Below, piece after piece: positions 37,605-48,055 of a DNA stretch of 64,000 nt. Source of the stretch: Octopus sinensis. Taxonomy: Eukaryota. Position numbers and translations under genes: made by a program. Position 1 is the stretch's first letter, and each line of letters begins with the position of its first letter. The stretch is taken from the NCBI RefSeq assembly GCF_006345805.1, contig NC_042998.1, forward strand, positions 32,550,001 to 32,614,000, in the 5' to 3' direction. The notes under the pieces were generated by a model. That model saw only the letters and a list, made by a program, of their open reading frames with translations. It did no database searches and was not told where the DNA came from.

Positions 37605-37915
37605 CTTACTTTTTACTGCTGTTACGTTCTGAGTTCAAATTCTGCAGAGGTCGACTTTGCCTTTCATCCTTACGGGGTCGATTAAATAAGTACCAGTTAT
37701 GCACTGGGGTCGATATAATCGACTTAATCCGTTTGTCCGTCCTCTCTGTGTATAGCCTCTTGTGGGTAGTAAAGAAATAGGTATTTTGTCTGTCTTTATG
37801 TTCTGAGTTCAAATCCCCCGAGGTAGACTTTGCTTTTCATTCTTTTGGGGTCGGTAAATTAAGTACCAGTTGTGTAATCGATTGGACCCTTCCCCCCAAA
37901 ATTTCGGGCCTTGTG
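37605..37915 (+). mobile_element. SINE B partial dimer
   Basis: Junction AAAGAAATAG|GTATTT at 37780/37781. Confidence 0.75.
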
Positions 37916-38115
37916 CTTCGAGTACTAAAGAATATAAGGAATTGCCTATTTCTTGAGAACTCTCTAAAAATTTGAAAGAAAAGCACTGAGTAAAAACCAC
38001 CTGTGTGGGGCTATGCAAAAAGCACCGGTACTGGGTTATTTAAAATGCCTCTGCACTGGGGCTACATGAAATGCACCCAACACCCAGCCCACTCAGTAAA
38101 GTGGTTGGCATTAGG

Positions 38116-38345
38116 CGGCGAGCTGGCAGAAACGTTAGCACGCTGGGCGAAATGCATAGCCGTATTTCGTCTGTCGCTACGTTGTGAGTTCAAATTCCGC
38201 TGAGGTCGACTTTGCCTTTCATCCTTTCGGGGTCGATAAATTAAGTACCAGTTACGCACTGGGGTCGATGTAATCGACTTAATACCTATGTCTGTCCTTG
38301 TTTGTCCCCTGTATGTTTAGCCCCTTGTGGGTAATAAAGAAATAG
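38116..38345 (+). mobile_element. SINE B inserted in an RTE-tail fragment (38020-38500)
   Basis: 12-bp TSD GTTGGCATTAGG (38104-38115 / 38346-38357). Confidence 0.9.
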
Positions 38346-38797
38346 GTTGGCATTAGGAAGGGCATGTCGCCATAGAAACCAGGCCAAATCAGACTGGTGC
38401 CTGGTCCAGCTCTTCAGCTTGCCAGCTCTGGTCAAACAGTCCAACCCATACCAGTATGGAAAACAAACCGTAACTAATGATGATGATGACGATGATGATG
38501 ATGTTCATACTATTTTCTACTGTGCATCTGCTGCATAGAAATTGGCTTTTTTGCTCAATCAGCCAGTCTGTGATCACATTGTATCTCCTATGCACTCATA
38601 CTTCCTATTGAGTACACTGTATAAGAATCCTATTCTCATTCCTGCTCAGAATCTCCCTCCAGATTCAGCTATAAAAAACTACATCATTCTTATAAAGAGG
38701 GTTCTCTCAGAAGGCTTGTTTAAATGCCTACCTTTCTTATAATATGATGGACTCTAACAAAGAGAGGACAAGATGCTAGATACCTAATTGTATACCT

Positions 38798-39029
38798 ATT
38801 TCTTTATTACCCACAAGGGACTAAAGACAGAGGGGACAAACAAGGACAGACATAGGTATTAAGTCGATTACATCGACCCCAGTGCGTAACTGGTACTTAA
38901 TTTATCGACCCCGAAAGGATGAAAGGCAAAGTCGACCTCGGCGGAATTTGAACTCAGAACGTAACGACAGACGAAATACGGCTATGCATTTCGCCCGGCA
39001 TGCTAACGTTTCTGCCAGCTCGCCGCCTT
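38798..39029 (-). mobile_element. SINE family B
   Basis: 11-bp TSD ATTGTATACCT. Confidence 0.9.
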
Positions 39030-39334
39030 ATTGTATACCTAATTGTATACCAATTACTTTGTTGAACTCATGGCAAACGCTCAAATTGCTGACAGCATCT
39101 TTGTGCACAGTTTCCAGCATTCTCATTTACATCGAGGTTTCTTAGCAACCAATTGGTAGGAGAATCTATGCTCTGGACATGAAAAGAATTACAATCTTCA
39201 CAAGAAATGATCTCAGTTACACATTTAACCAAAAAGATTATAATTGCAAGACCATTGGATTCACGGCAGTGAAGTGGAAGAATGGTCATCAAAATAAGAA
39301 AGAAGTATCTATTATTTTTTTTGTTCTATTATTC

Positions 39335-39701
39335 TTTTATTTGTCTCAGTCATTTGACTCTGGCCATGCTGGGGCACCACCTTTAGTTTAAGAAATCGAC
39401 CCCAGGACTTATTCTTCGTAAGCCTAGTACTTATCCTATTGGTCACTATTGCTGAAACGCTAAGTTACAGGGATGTAAACACACCAACATCGGTTGTCAA
39501 GCGATGACGGGGGTGGGTGGAACAAAGACACACACACATTTACGATGGGCTTCTTTCAGTTTCCGTCTACCAAATCCACTCACAAGGCTTTGGTCGGTCT
39601 GAGACCATAGTAGAAGACACTTGCCCAACATTTCACACTGGGACTGAACCTGGAACCATGTGGTTGGTAAGCAAGCTACATACCATACAGCCACTCCTGC
39701 T
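39335..39701 (-). mobile_element. SINE family A
   Basis: Inverse copy lacking the (TA)n tract. Confidence 0.8.
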
Positions 39702-40054
39702 TACATTAATTATTCATACAGAAAGGTGACAAGCTGGCAGTACTGCTGGTGCGTCAAACAAAACGCATTTCTTCCAGCTCTTTACAATCTTCGTTCAAAT
39801 TTTGATGTGCTCAACTTGCTTTTTGTCTTTTAGGGATTGATAAAAAGTACCAGTCATGTACTAGGGTCAATGTAATCAGCTGTCTGAACATCCTGGCTTT
39901 TCTTCAAATTGGTTACAGCTTTAAAAACAATAGATTTGGCATAATTTGTGACTCTGACAATCTCCCCAGCAATTTGGAATAATTGGAATAATTTGGCAAT
40001 TACATTTCTACAGTTTAATTCTTCATTAACATTTATGATTTGTTCAATCATCAT

Positions 40055-40300
40055 CATCATCCTCATCATCATCATCGATTAAAATGTCTGCTTTCCATGC
40101 TAGCATGGGTTGGATGATATGACTGAGGGCTGGCGAACCAGATGGCTGCACCAGGCTCCAATCTGATCTGGCAGAGTTTCTACAGCTGGATGCCCTTCCT
40201 AATGCCAACCACTCCGAGAGTGTAGTGGGTGTTTTTTAACGTGCCACTGGAATGAGGGCCAGTCAGGCGGTACTTGCAACAGCCACGCTCAAATGGTGTT
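40055..40300 (-). mobile_element. RTE 3'-UTR fragment
   Basis: (CAT)n plus the inverse RTE end. Confidence 0.8.
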
Positions 40301-41171
40301 TTTTGTGGTTCCAAATAAATTTGGTAAATGGAAAGGAGAGAAGCTTATCATGTGCGCGTGTGTATGTGTGTGTGCATGCATGTGCTAGTGTGTATACTTT
40401 TCTAGACATCACTAGATGGTGTTTGTAAACGAGCATCATCATCATTATCATGCAAGCCTTCTGTGAGAATCATGTCTGGATCAGTGGGAAATATTACCTT
40501 GCTTGGAAACAGGTGAATGTTGACAACAGGAAGGGTTTCAGTTGTAGAAAATCTGCCTCAACCAATTCCTTCTGACCCTTGCAAGAACGGAAGAATGGAT
40601 ATCAAATGACAATGACAACAATGATGAATGTTATTGAATTCTCTTCAAGTCTTATAATTGCAATATTGGCATTTACATTGTATTCTCAACTCGAAAGTGT
40701 CTCCAGGAATTTGGAGTATGAACATAACTCTAAGACAGAAAATGGGCAATAAATCCACATTCTGAATGGTTAAATTAAATATCAATGCAATTTGATATTA
40801 CATTAATTAATGACTGTAATTAATTTGTAGCAAATATTGTAAATGCTTTGCTTCATTTAATTTATGACTTACATTCTCTTTCTCCAAGATGGTACCTTTG
40901 GACAATAATTGGCGTATGGAATGCAAATACAATTTCTTCATGACACAGGGAATGTATACACAGTCAAAATTCTTGGGTTGCTTGCTAGATTAACCGTTTA
41001 ATGTACATTAATGGCAAAATTCCAGCTACTGATTAGCTACTTCCCTGAACAAGATGATGTGAAAATCTTTGGGAATTAATGTACAACAATTTAATAACAA
41101 GAACTCATAATGGTTTAGAGAAGAAAATGAATCTTATATTTCCATTCAAGATCCAGTAATTTAACCTTTAA

Positions 41172-41392
41172 CCCTTTCATTACCAACCCGAATGAAACAG
41201 GTTCTGGCTCTGAGTACAAATGTCTTGTTTTCATAAGTTTTGAATTAAAATCTTCCACCAAACCTTAGTCATAATTTACGTTCCTAATCCTAGCTTAATG
41301 ATAACTAAGTTATTTTGCTAAATTCTTTGTTATATTTAAAATTAACTGAAAGAAACACAGAGCATCTCAACAGAAATATGGTAACAAAAGGG
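41172..41392. mobile_element. piggyBac-like MITE, copy 1 of 4
   Basis: TTAA|CCCTTT ... AAAGGG|TTAA. Confidence 0.8.
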
Positions 41393-41423
41393 TTAAAATA
41401 TATAATAAAAAAACAATTCTTAA

Positions 41424-41647
41424 CCCTTTTGATACCAACCTGCCTGAAACCGGTTCTGGCTCTGAGTACAAATGTCTTGTTTTCATAAGTTTTGAATTAA
41501 AATCTATCCACCAAACCTTAGTCACAATTTATGTTCCTAAAACTAGTTGAATGATAACTAAGTTATTTTACTAAATTCTTTGTTATATTTAAAATTAATT
41601 GAAAGAAACACATAGAGCATCTCCATAGAAATATGGTAACAAAAGGG
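41424..41647. mobile_element. piggyBac-like MITE, copy 2 of 4
   Basis: TTAA flanks, same body. Confidence 0.8.
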
Positions 41648-41793
41648 TTAAGAAGAAAAATAATCAACAGAAGACATACGAAAAGGAGACATCAATGTGA
41701 TCACTTTATATGCTAGAAATAATAGCCTAAAATTCCTTCAATCCACACCCTTCCAACTAGTTCTAATCTGCCCAAATGTAGAGGTGTGTATAA

Positions 41794-42015
41794 CCCTTTT
41801 GATATTAACCCAGCTAAAACCACCTCTGGCTCTGTAGAACAAATGTCTTGTTTTTATAAGTTCTGAATTAAAATCTTCCACCAAACCTTAGTCACAATTT
41901 ATGTTCCTAACACAAGCTCAATGATAACTAAGTTATTTTACTAACTTCTTTGTTATATTTAAAATTAATTGAAAGAAACATGGAGCATCTCAACAGAAAT
42001 ATGGTAACAAAAGAG
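41794..42015. mobile_element. piggyBac-like MITE, copy 3 of 4
   Basis: ATAA/TTAA flanks, same body. Confidence 0.75.
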
Positions 42016-42174
42016 TTAAGGAGTGCACTGGGTGTTCTGGATGTGGCATTAGCATTGGTGCTTTGTTTGTGGCACCAAGTAAATTGCAAGACAATGAGCC
42101 CTCAGCTGGGAGATGGAAAAGTACTGAAGGAGGTGCCTTTGTGCAGGTTGAGGGATTAACACTTTAGCATTTAA

Positions 42175-42396
42175 CCCTTTTAGTACCAACCTGACTGAAA
42201 CCGCCTCAGGCTCTGTAGTACAAATGTCTTGTTTTCAAAAGTTCTGACTTAAAATCTTCCACCAAATCTTAGTCACAATTTATGTCCCTAACACTAGTTG
42301 AATGATAGCTAAGTTATTTTACTAAATTCTTTGTTATATTTAAAATTAATTGAAAGAAACACAGAGCATCTCAACAGAAATATGGTAATGAAAGGA
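42175..42396. mobile_element. piggyBac-like MITE, copy 4 of 4, within another TTAA-type element (~42156-42572)
   Basis: TTAA flanks; host sequence CTTTAGCAT..GCATTCAGATTACTC is split by it. Confidence 0.7.
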
Positions 42397-43074
42397 TTAA
42401 GCATTCAGATTACTCTGTCATACGTAATGCTTACTGATTCACACTGTCTTCAATGAATCTTGCATTATCTTGCAACTTTGAAAGATTGATGACATCACCA
42501 TCCATTTTGAGAATGACATTGTAACGTAGGTATGAGAGGCTGGATCTGGTCAGTTTAAAAACTAAAGGCTAATGGTTGTTTGCTTGATATCAGATCTTTA
42601 ATAAATGTGTATTTACAAACTGCCAGCCTAAAAGAAATGTTTCTGTGAAATCAACAAGCATTATTTTCAAGAATATTGCACATTCAAATTAAAAGACACA
42701 AGGTGTGTGACAGAACAGTATTTACGGTAATGAATATAAAATTGAATTTTGCACTCTTAAAAGTGTCTGTTAATTGCTTTGCTTTTGTAATATTGATAAT
42801 TTGGAAAATGTGGAAAATTACAGAAAAGACAAAATATTTTGTCTCTCAATATCATAACTCACAAAGATTCATTCAAAGAAGAAACTTCAAAGGTTATGAA
42901 TAGCTATGCATTTCTTAAGTAATAATCATCACCATCACCATCATCATCATCATCATCATCATTATCAAACATACCGGCAGGCCAGAGGTCAGTGTTTTGG
43001 GTATTATTGATGCATGGGTCATTGAGTTGGAGTCAGGTGGCTGCGTGTCATCCCAATAACAGCTCAACAAGCAC

Positions 43075-43342
43075 ATTTATTATTTATTTATGTGCCCTTT
43101 TCAAGCCTAGCCAGGCTCCTGGGCCCAGTTTCCTGGTTTCAATGGCGTATGTGATCCCCAGCTGGACAGGACGCCAGTCCATCGCAGCATTACTTATTTT
43201 TGCCAGCTGAGTGGACTGGAGCAACGTGAAATGAAGTGTTTTGCTCAAGAACACAACGCGTCACCCGGTCCAGGAATTGAAACCACAATCTTATGATCAT
43301 GATGCTGACACCCTAACCACTAAGCCACACACCTCCACCAAC
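43075..43342 (-). mobile_element. SINE family D (tRNA head plus CORE-like domain)
   Basis: Inverse of GTGGCTTAGTGGTTAGGG (A-box), GGTTTCAATTCC (B-box) and GTTGTGTTCTTGAGCAAAACACTTCATTTCAC. Confidence 0.65.
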
Positions 43343-43615
43343 AAGCACAGAGCTGAAATTAATTTATTTCTTATTTAGGTAATTACAATATCTACATTGC
43401 ATGCACATACAAAAGTGCTTCTAATAATCACCAGCAGCATATGTAAGTAACTTGGAAAAGAACTTGGTTTCACTTAAATCATGGAAAGAAAAGATTAGCA
43501 TTGCTTGAGAGGCAGTAACAAATTGGATCATCATTATTCAAGAAGCACTTTATACTCCATCATTATTCAAGAAGCACTTTATAAATTCAACAAAGGAGAA
43601 CTGATATTGCTCCTG

Positions 43616-43940
43616 CTACACTGGGCCTTGCTCTTTCTGTTTGTTTGTTGAGCGAAGTGGTCTTTGTCCCAGAGCTCGCAAGATCGTGCCTCTGTAGTGG
43701 GAGAAGTCCGAAACGTGGTCCTTTGCTATTTGTAAGACCCGCAGAAGAGAAAGCAGGTCAACCCCCGACACTGAGAGCATCAACGGGCTTTTTTCAGTTT
43801 CCATCTTCCAAATCCACTCACAAGGCTTTGGTTGGCTCAAGGCTATAGTAGAAGACACTTGCCCAAGGTGCCATGCATTGAAACTGAACCCGGAACCATG
43901 TGGTTGGTAAGCAAGCTACTTACCACACAGCCACTCCTGT
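43616..43940 (-). mobile_element. SINE A head fused to the SINE C type-1 tail
   Basis: 43785-43940 is a SINE A head; 43620-43790 matches 9410-9520. Confidence 0.6.
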
Positions 43941-43986
43941 ATGCATATATATAAATATATATATGTATCTCTCTCTCTCTCTCTTT

Positions 43987-45485
43987 ATATATAGTTGTGT
44001 CCACATTCTGAACAAGTTATGACATACATTATGCTTTCATATGCACGGGTAAACTCAGTCTTAATTCTGAAACTTGTCCTAGTTTAAAGAGGAATTCTAT
44101 ACCTCCCAGTAGGTTGGGACATGTTCCCCATTACTTGAATAGCAAGAACCGAAGCTGATTTTGTTCACAATGCTTTCCTATTCTTTTGTCTGTAATAATT
44201 GGTAGCAAACAAGAAGTAATTGTCCTGGAGAATAAATTTTGATGCTTCGATTACAAATTCCTCATTGATGCACTCTGGTAGTTCTTCTGGATAGGTTTCT
44301 AACCAGAATTCAATTGCTTTCAAACTATTGTTGAGGGTATATTAGAATATAGGCTCACAACATTGAAGGATATCATGACTGTCACATCATTGACTTTTTG
44401 GGGGTGGTTTAGCATATCCAGATCTTTTCTAACAAAGCTTTTGATATATTTCAGAAGGGATGTCAAGAAAGATGCTTAAGTGGTGGGTTTCACATGATGA
44501 GCCAGCTATAATGGCTCTCAGTTTTAAATTTTGAGGTGAATGGACATAAATGATGATTTTTTGCAGGTTTCTTTAATAATCTGGAACCTGTGAATTTTTG
44601 GTAAATTGACTGGCACCCGTGCCATTGGAGCACTAAGAGCACCATCCAAACGTGATTGCTGCCAGAGCAGCTGACTGGCTTCCGTACCACTGGTATGTAA
44701 AAAGTACCATTCAAAAGTGATCGTTACCAGCATCACCTTATTGGCACTTGTGCTGGTGGCACATGAAAAACATGCGAGTGAGGTCATTGCCAGTGCCGCT
44801 GGACTGGCTCCTGTGCAGGTGGCACGTAAAAAACACCACTTGAGCATGGCCATTGCCAGTACCACCTGACTGGCCCTTGTGCCGGTGGCACATAAAAGCA
44901 CCCACTACACTCTCAGAGTGGTTGGCGTTAGGAAGGGCATCCAGCTGTAGAAACTCTGCCAGATCAGATTGGAGCCTGGTGCAGCCATCTGGTTCGCCAG
45001 TCCTCAGTCAAATCGTTCAACCCATGCCAGCATGGAAAGCGGATGTTAAACGATGATGATGAGGAGGAGGCAGAAAAGACTAGGTTTATAATTTGTCATT
45101 ATCTTTTCTGTCAGACCTTTTCCAAATATGGATAAAAGATTTTTCATTATTTTCTGCAGTTTATAATTGTCAACTATTTTGTAGTAGGAATCATTTACTA
45201 GCATGGATAGTATTAGGTTTCTGTAACATTCTGTGTTCATCAGAACTACAATACTTCCTTTACTGGCTTCTTTAATCATCAATTCATTATCATTTTGCAA
45301 TTCAATTAAGTTCTCCCATTCAATGGTGCTGAGGTTTGAGCTAACTTTTTACTTGTGTATAGCTTTATAAAGGAAATTCAAAATGTGATCACACATTGAG
45401 TGCTTCTGAAAGCCACAATTTTCTGCAAAATTCCTTAATATTTTCTTTGATTTCATTCTGATTGTATGTACATGGGGTTACATCC
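43987..45485 (-). pseudogene. Penelope-like element remnant: RT plus GIY-YIG fragment
   Basis: Broken frames read NDNELMIKEASKGSIVVLMN, LPKIHR, LRAIIAG, SFNVVSLYSNIP, FILQDNYF and finally YVITCSECGHNYI; interrupted by an RTE tail at 44605-45070. Confidence 0.8.
44605..45070 (+). mobile_element. RTE 3'-UTR fragment inserted in the Penelope RT
   Basis: RTE end modules and (GAT)n(GAG)n tail sit between KPSLF and LPKIH. Confidence 0.8.
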
Positions 45486-45597
45486 ACATATATCTCATCT
45501 CATCTAGGTTGTCCCATCGGATGCCCCAAAACTGTTTCCACACGTTTTTCCCATTCATCTCGATCTCCCATAATGATCTTCAGCTCCTGTGCATCAC

Positions 45598-46029
45598 TAG
45601 GTGAGACAAGCTGACACTGAATTAGCTTCGCTGATTGACAGGTGATGGTCTCGTTTAGAGAATGTGTGGGCTAAGACTATGCGCCATCATTGGCCAGTTA
45701 AAGTTTAGACAGTGTCACGTGACAACTTGCTGGGGCTGCCTGCTGGAGCCTAGCAGCAGGTATTTTAAGGGAAATTTGACAAGACAGTCAGTCACCCGTT
45801 GACACTCGTTGATGCTACATCGAAGAGGCCATGGAACAGAAGAAAGAAGACAAGCACCCAACACCAGAGGTGAAGACACCTCCGAAAGGGGGGTCCCAGC
45901 ACATCAAAACGGTAAAGGAATAGGGGCCGAAACCGGATGTGGTTCCTCCTGATGATGTCTTGAGCTAACTGGATCCTATAAAGCTGTTGTGGTAGCAGAC
46001 CATGAAACATGGTTGAAATTCCTCCTACA
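45598..46029 (+). mobile_element. Probable solo LTR
   Basis: GC-richer insertion ending CCTACA inside an RTE remnant, with Pol II promoter motifs; TSD and a 5' TG were not recovered. Confidence 0.45.
45689..45793 (+). promoter_or_regulatory. Pol II core-promoter-like cluster
   Basis: ATTGG 45689-93, TGTCACGTGACA palindrome 45713-24, TATTTTAA 45761, initiator-like TCAGTC 45788-93 (A is 29 bp after the TATA-like box). Confidence 0.45.
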
Positions 46030-46652
46030 AGTATCTTCCAGCAAATTGTCGATATAGGTTGTCTTCCTTCTTCCTTCCGGTGGTTGCCAGAGCACTAGCT
46101 TGTTAGCAATTTCATCGGTATGTCTGATGCAGTGTCCAGCTAGCCTCATCCTTCTATGCCGTATCTTCAACGCTACTTAAGGTAATCCCTGATATAAGTC
46201 AGTGTTTGTTGTATGAGACTTTCAGGAGACATTGAGCGCCATTCTAAGCATCCCCGTATACCAACTGTCCAACTGCATCTTCAGCCTCACATATATATGT
46301 AATATATTTCTCTAGCGCTGACAATCATTACTCATCTTTTAATTACTTTAGATAAATTATATATAATTAATTACGTAGAGAGAAATAAATACAATAAAGA
46401 AATATCACCAGAGGCATTTTAATTGCCGACAGCGAGCAACCTATAAATTTTAATTCAGATACCAAGACAATATAGTTTACAATAGATCACCTGTTTCAAT
46501 AAACTAATACAGACATACGAAAAGATTTCAACTGAAAATATTTATAACCGAAGCCTGTGTGCAGTGTAGTGTTAAAGATTTACTGGAATGTCACTGGTCC
46601 AAAATGGAATTTGCAGAAAAATATATCTGCTAATCTCATCGATAAAATAATA

Positions 46653-46654
<2 letters not shown>

Positions 46655-46698
<44 letters not shown>

Positions 46699-46718
46699 GA
46701 TATATATATATATATATA

Positions 46719-46756
<38 letters not shown>

Positions 46757-46897
46757 TAAATCAATATGTATATATGTATGTATATAAATATTTATATATA
46801 TCTATATATAGATATATATATGTTTGTAAGTATATACATATATATGTATATTTATATATATATGCATATATATGTATATATAAATTTATGTATATAT
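46655..46897. repeat. (TA)n-rich microsatellite at the 5' flank of the RTE
   Basis: Direct reading. Confidence 0.95.
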
Positions 46898-47883
46898 ATG
46901 CCCCCCCCCCTCCCTAAAACCATCATCGCCATACATAAAAGAGCCATCGCATTTATCGTTAACCCCACTCGCTTCAAAATATCTAAAGAATACGCACAGA
47001 TCATGAATGGCTAAAAGTTAAGTGAATCGTCCAACCTCGCTACGACTACCTTCTTTCTTGCACTTATCCTTATTCTTTCTCTATTCTTCAATTTCCATCT
47101 CATTGTATTGTCACTCATTCTTTCAGTATTCCCTCATTACCCTGTCTAGCTCAAACATTTTTTTTTCGTTTAGACTTGTCTCCAGGTTCATAGCCACTCT
47201 GATTTTTCAATTAGTATTGTCTCCCGATTCATACAAACCCATTTGCTAGCTCACGATTAACAGAACCTCTTTACTCAGCTACGGTGTTATATTAGCTATC
47301 AATAATGATATTCCCTCTGATTTTTCTGATTTTCAAACCTATTTATCTAATGTTTATTTATCGACAATGCCGTCCCCAGTCAAATTCCCTCACACCGCTT
47401 ATTGTCACGTGTCCCTTGACCTCTCTCTCTAACTAACCGTATCTCTCTCTCGCTATGTCCCCCCTTCCCATAACCATCATCGCCATGGTCCTCTATGCCC
47501 CCCCCCCTCCCCAAAACCATCATCGCCATACATAAAAGAGCCATCGCATTTATCGTTAACCCCACTCGCTTCAAAATATCTAAAGAATACGCACAGATCA
47601 TGAATGGCTAAAAGTTAAGTGAATCGTCCAACCTCGCTACGACTACCTTCTTTCTTGCACTTATCCTTATTCTTTCTCTATTCTTCAATTTCCATCTCAT
47701 TGTATTGTCACTCATTCTTTCAGTATTCCCTCATTACCCTGTCTAGCTCAAACATTTTTTTTTCGTTTAGACTTGTCTCCAGGTTCATAGCCACTCTGAT
47801 TTTTCAATTAGTATTGTCTCCCGATTCATACAAACCCATTTGCTAGCTCACGATTAACAGAACCTCTTTACTCAGCTACGGTG
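46898..47883 (+). repeat. Direct repeat in the RTE 5' region, 597-bp period (389-bp copies at 46898-47286 and 47495-47883)
   Basis: Essentially identical sequence; duplicated 75-aa ORFs are offset by 597. Confidence 0.9.
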
Positions 47884-48055
47884 CACCCGCCCTCCCACCC
47901 CCACCACGCATGCCGGAAGTTCCTATTCTCTTCCATTCCGGGGTTGCTTCCCATGAAGACTGCAAATGCTCTCACCATCCATACCCCTCCCTACCCCTAG
48001 TCTCGACCTATGTAAGGTAATGTTCATACAGTGCAAAATATGAAAGGCTAGCGTT

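Larger units (their letters stand above)
45490..46290 (-). pseudogene. Degenerate RTE C-terminal fragment split by a ~430-bp insertion
   Basis: 46290-46030 reads MLRMALNVS*KSHTT..RRMRLAGHC..YIDNLLEDT; 45600-45490 resumes DAQELKIIMGDRDEWEKRV and a GATGA tail. Confidence 0.75.

Noticed and set aside
45925-45962. GAAAC..GUU..CUGAUGA in type-II hammerhead order
   Set aside because: Only 4 nt are available for stem I, and the stem II strands do not pair
46557-47014. YIYI/THTH-rich ORFs here and at many other loci (e.g. 26380-26724, 52042-52291)
   Set aside because: They arise from (TA)n/(CA)n tracts and SINE sequence
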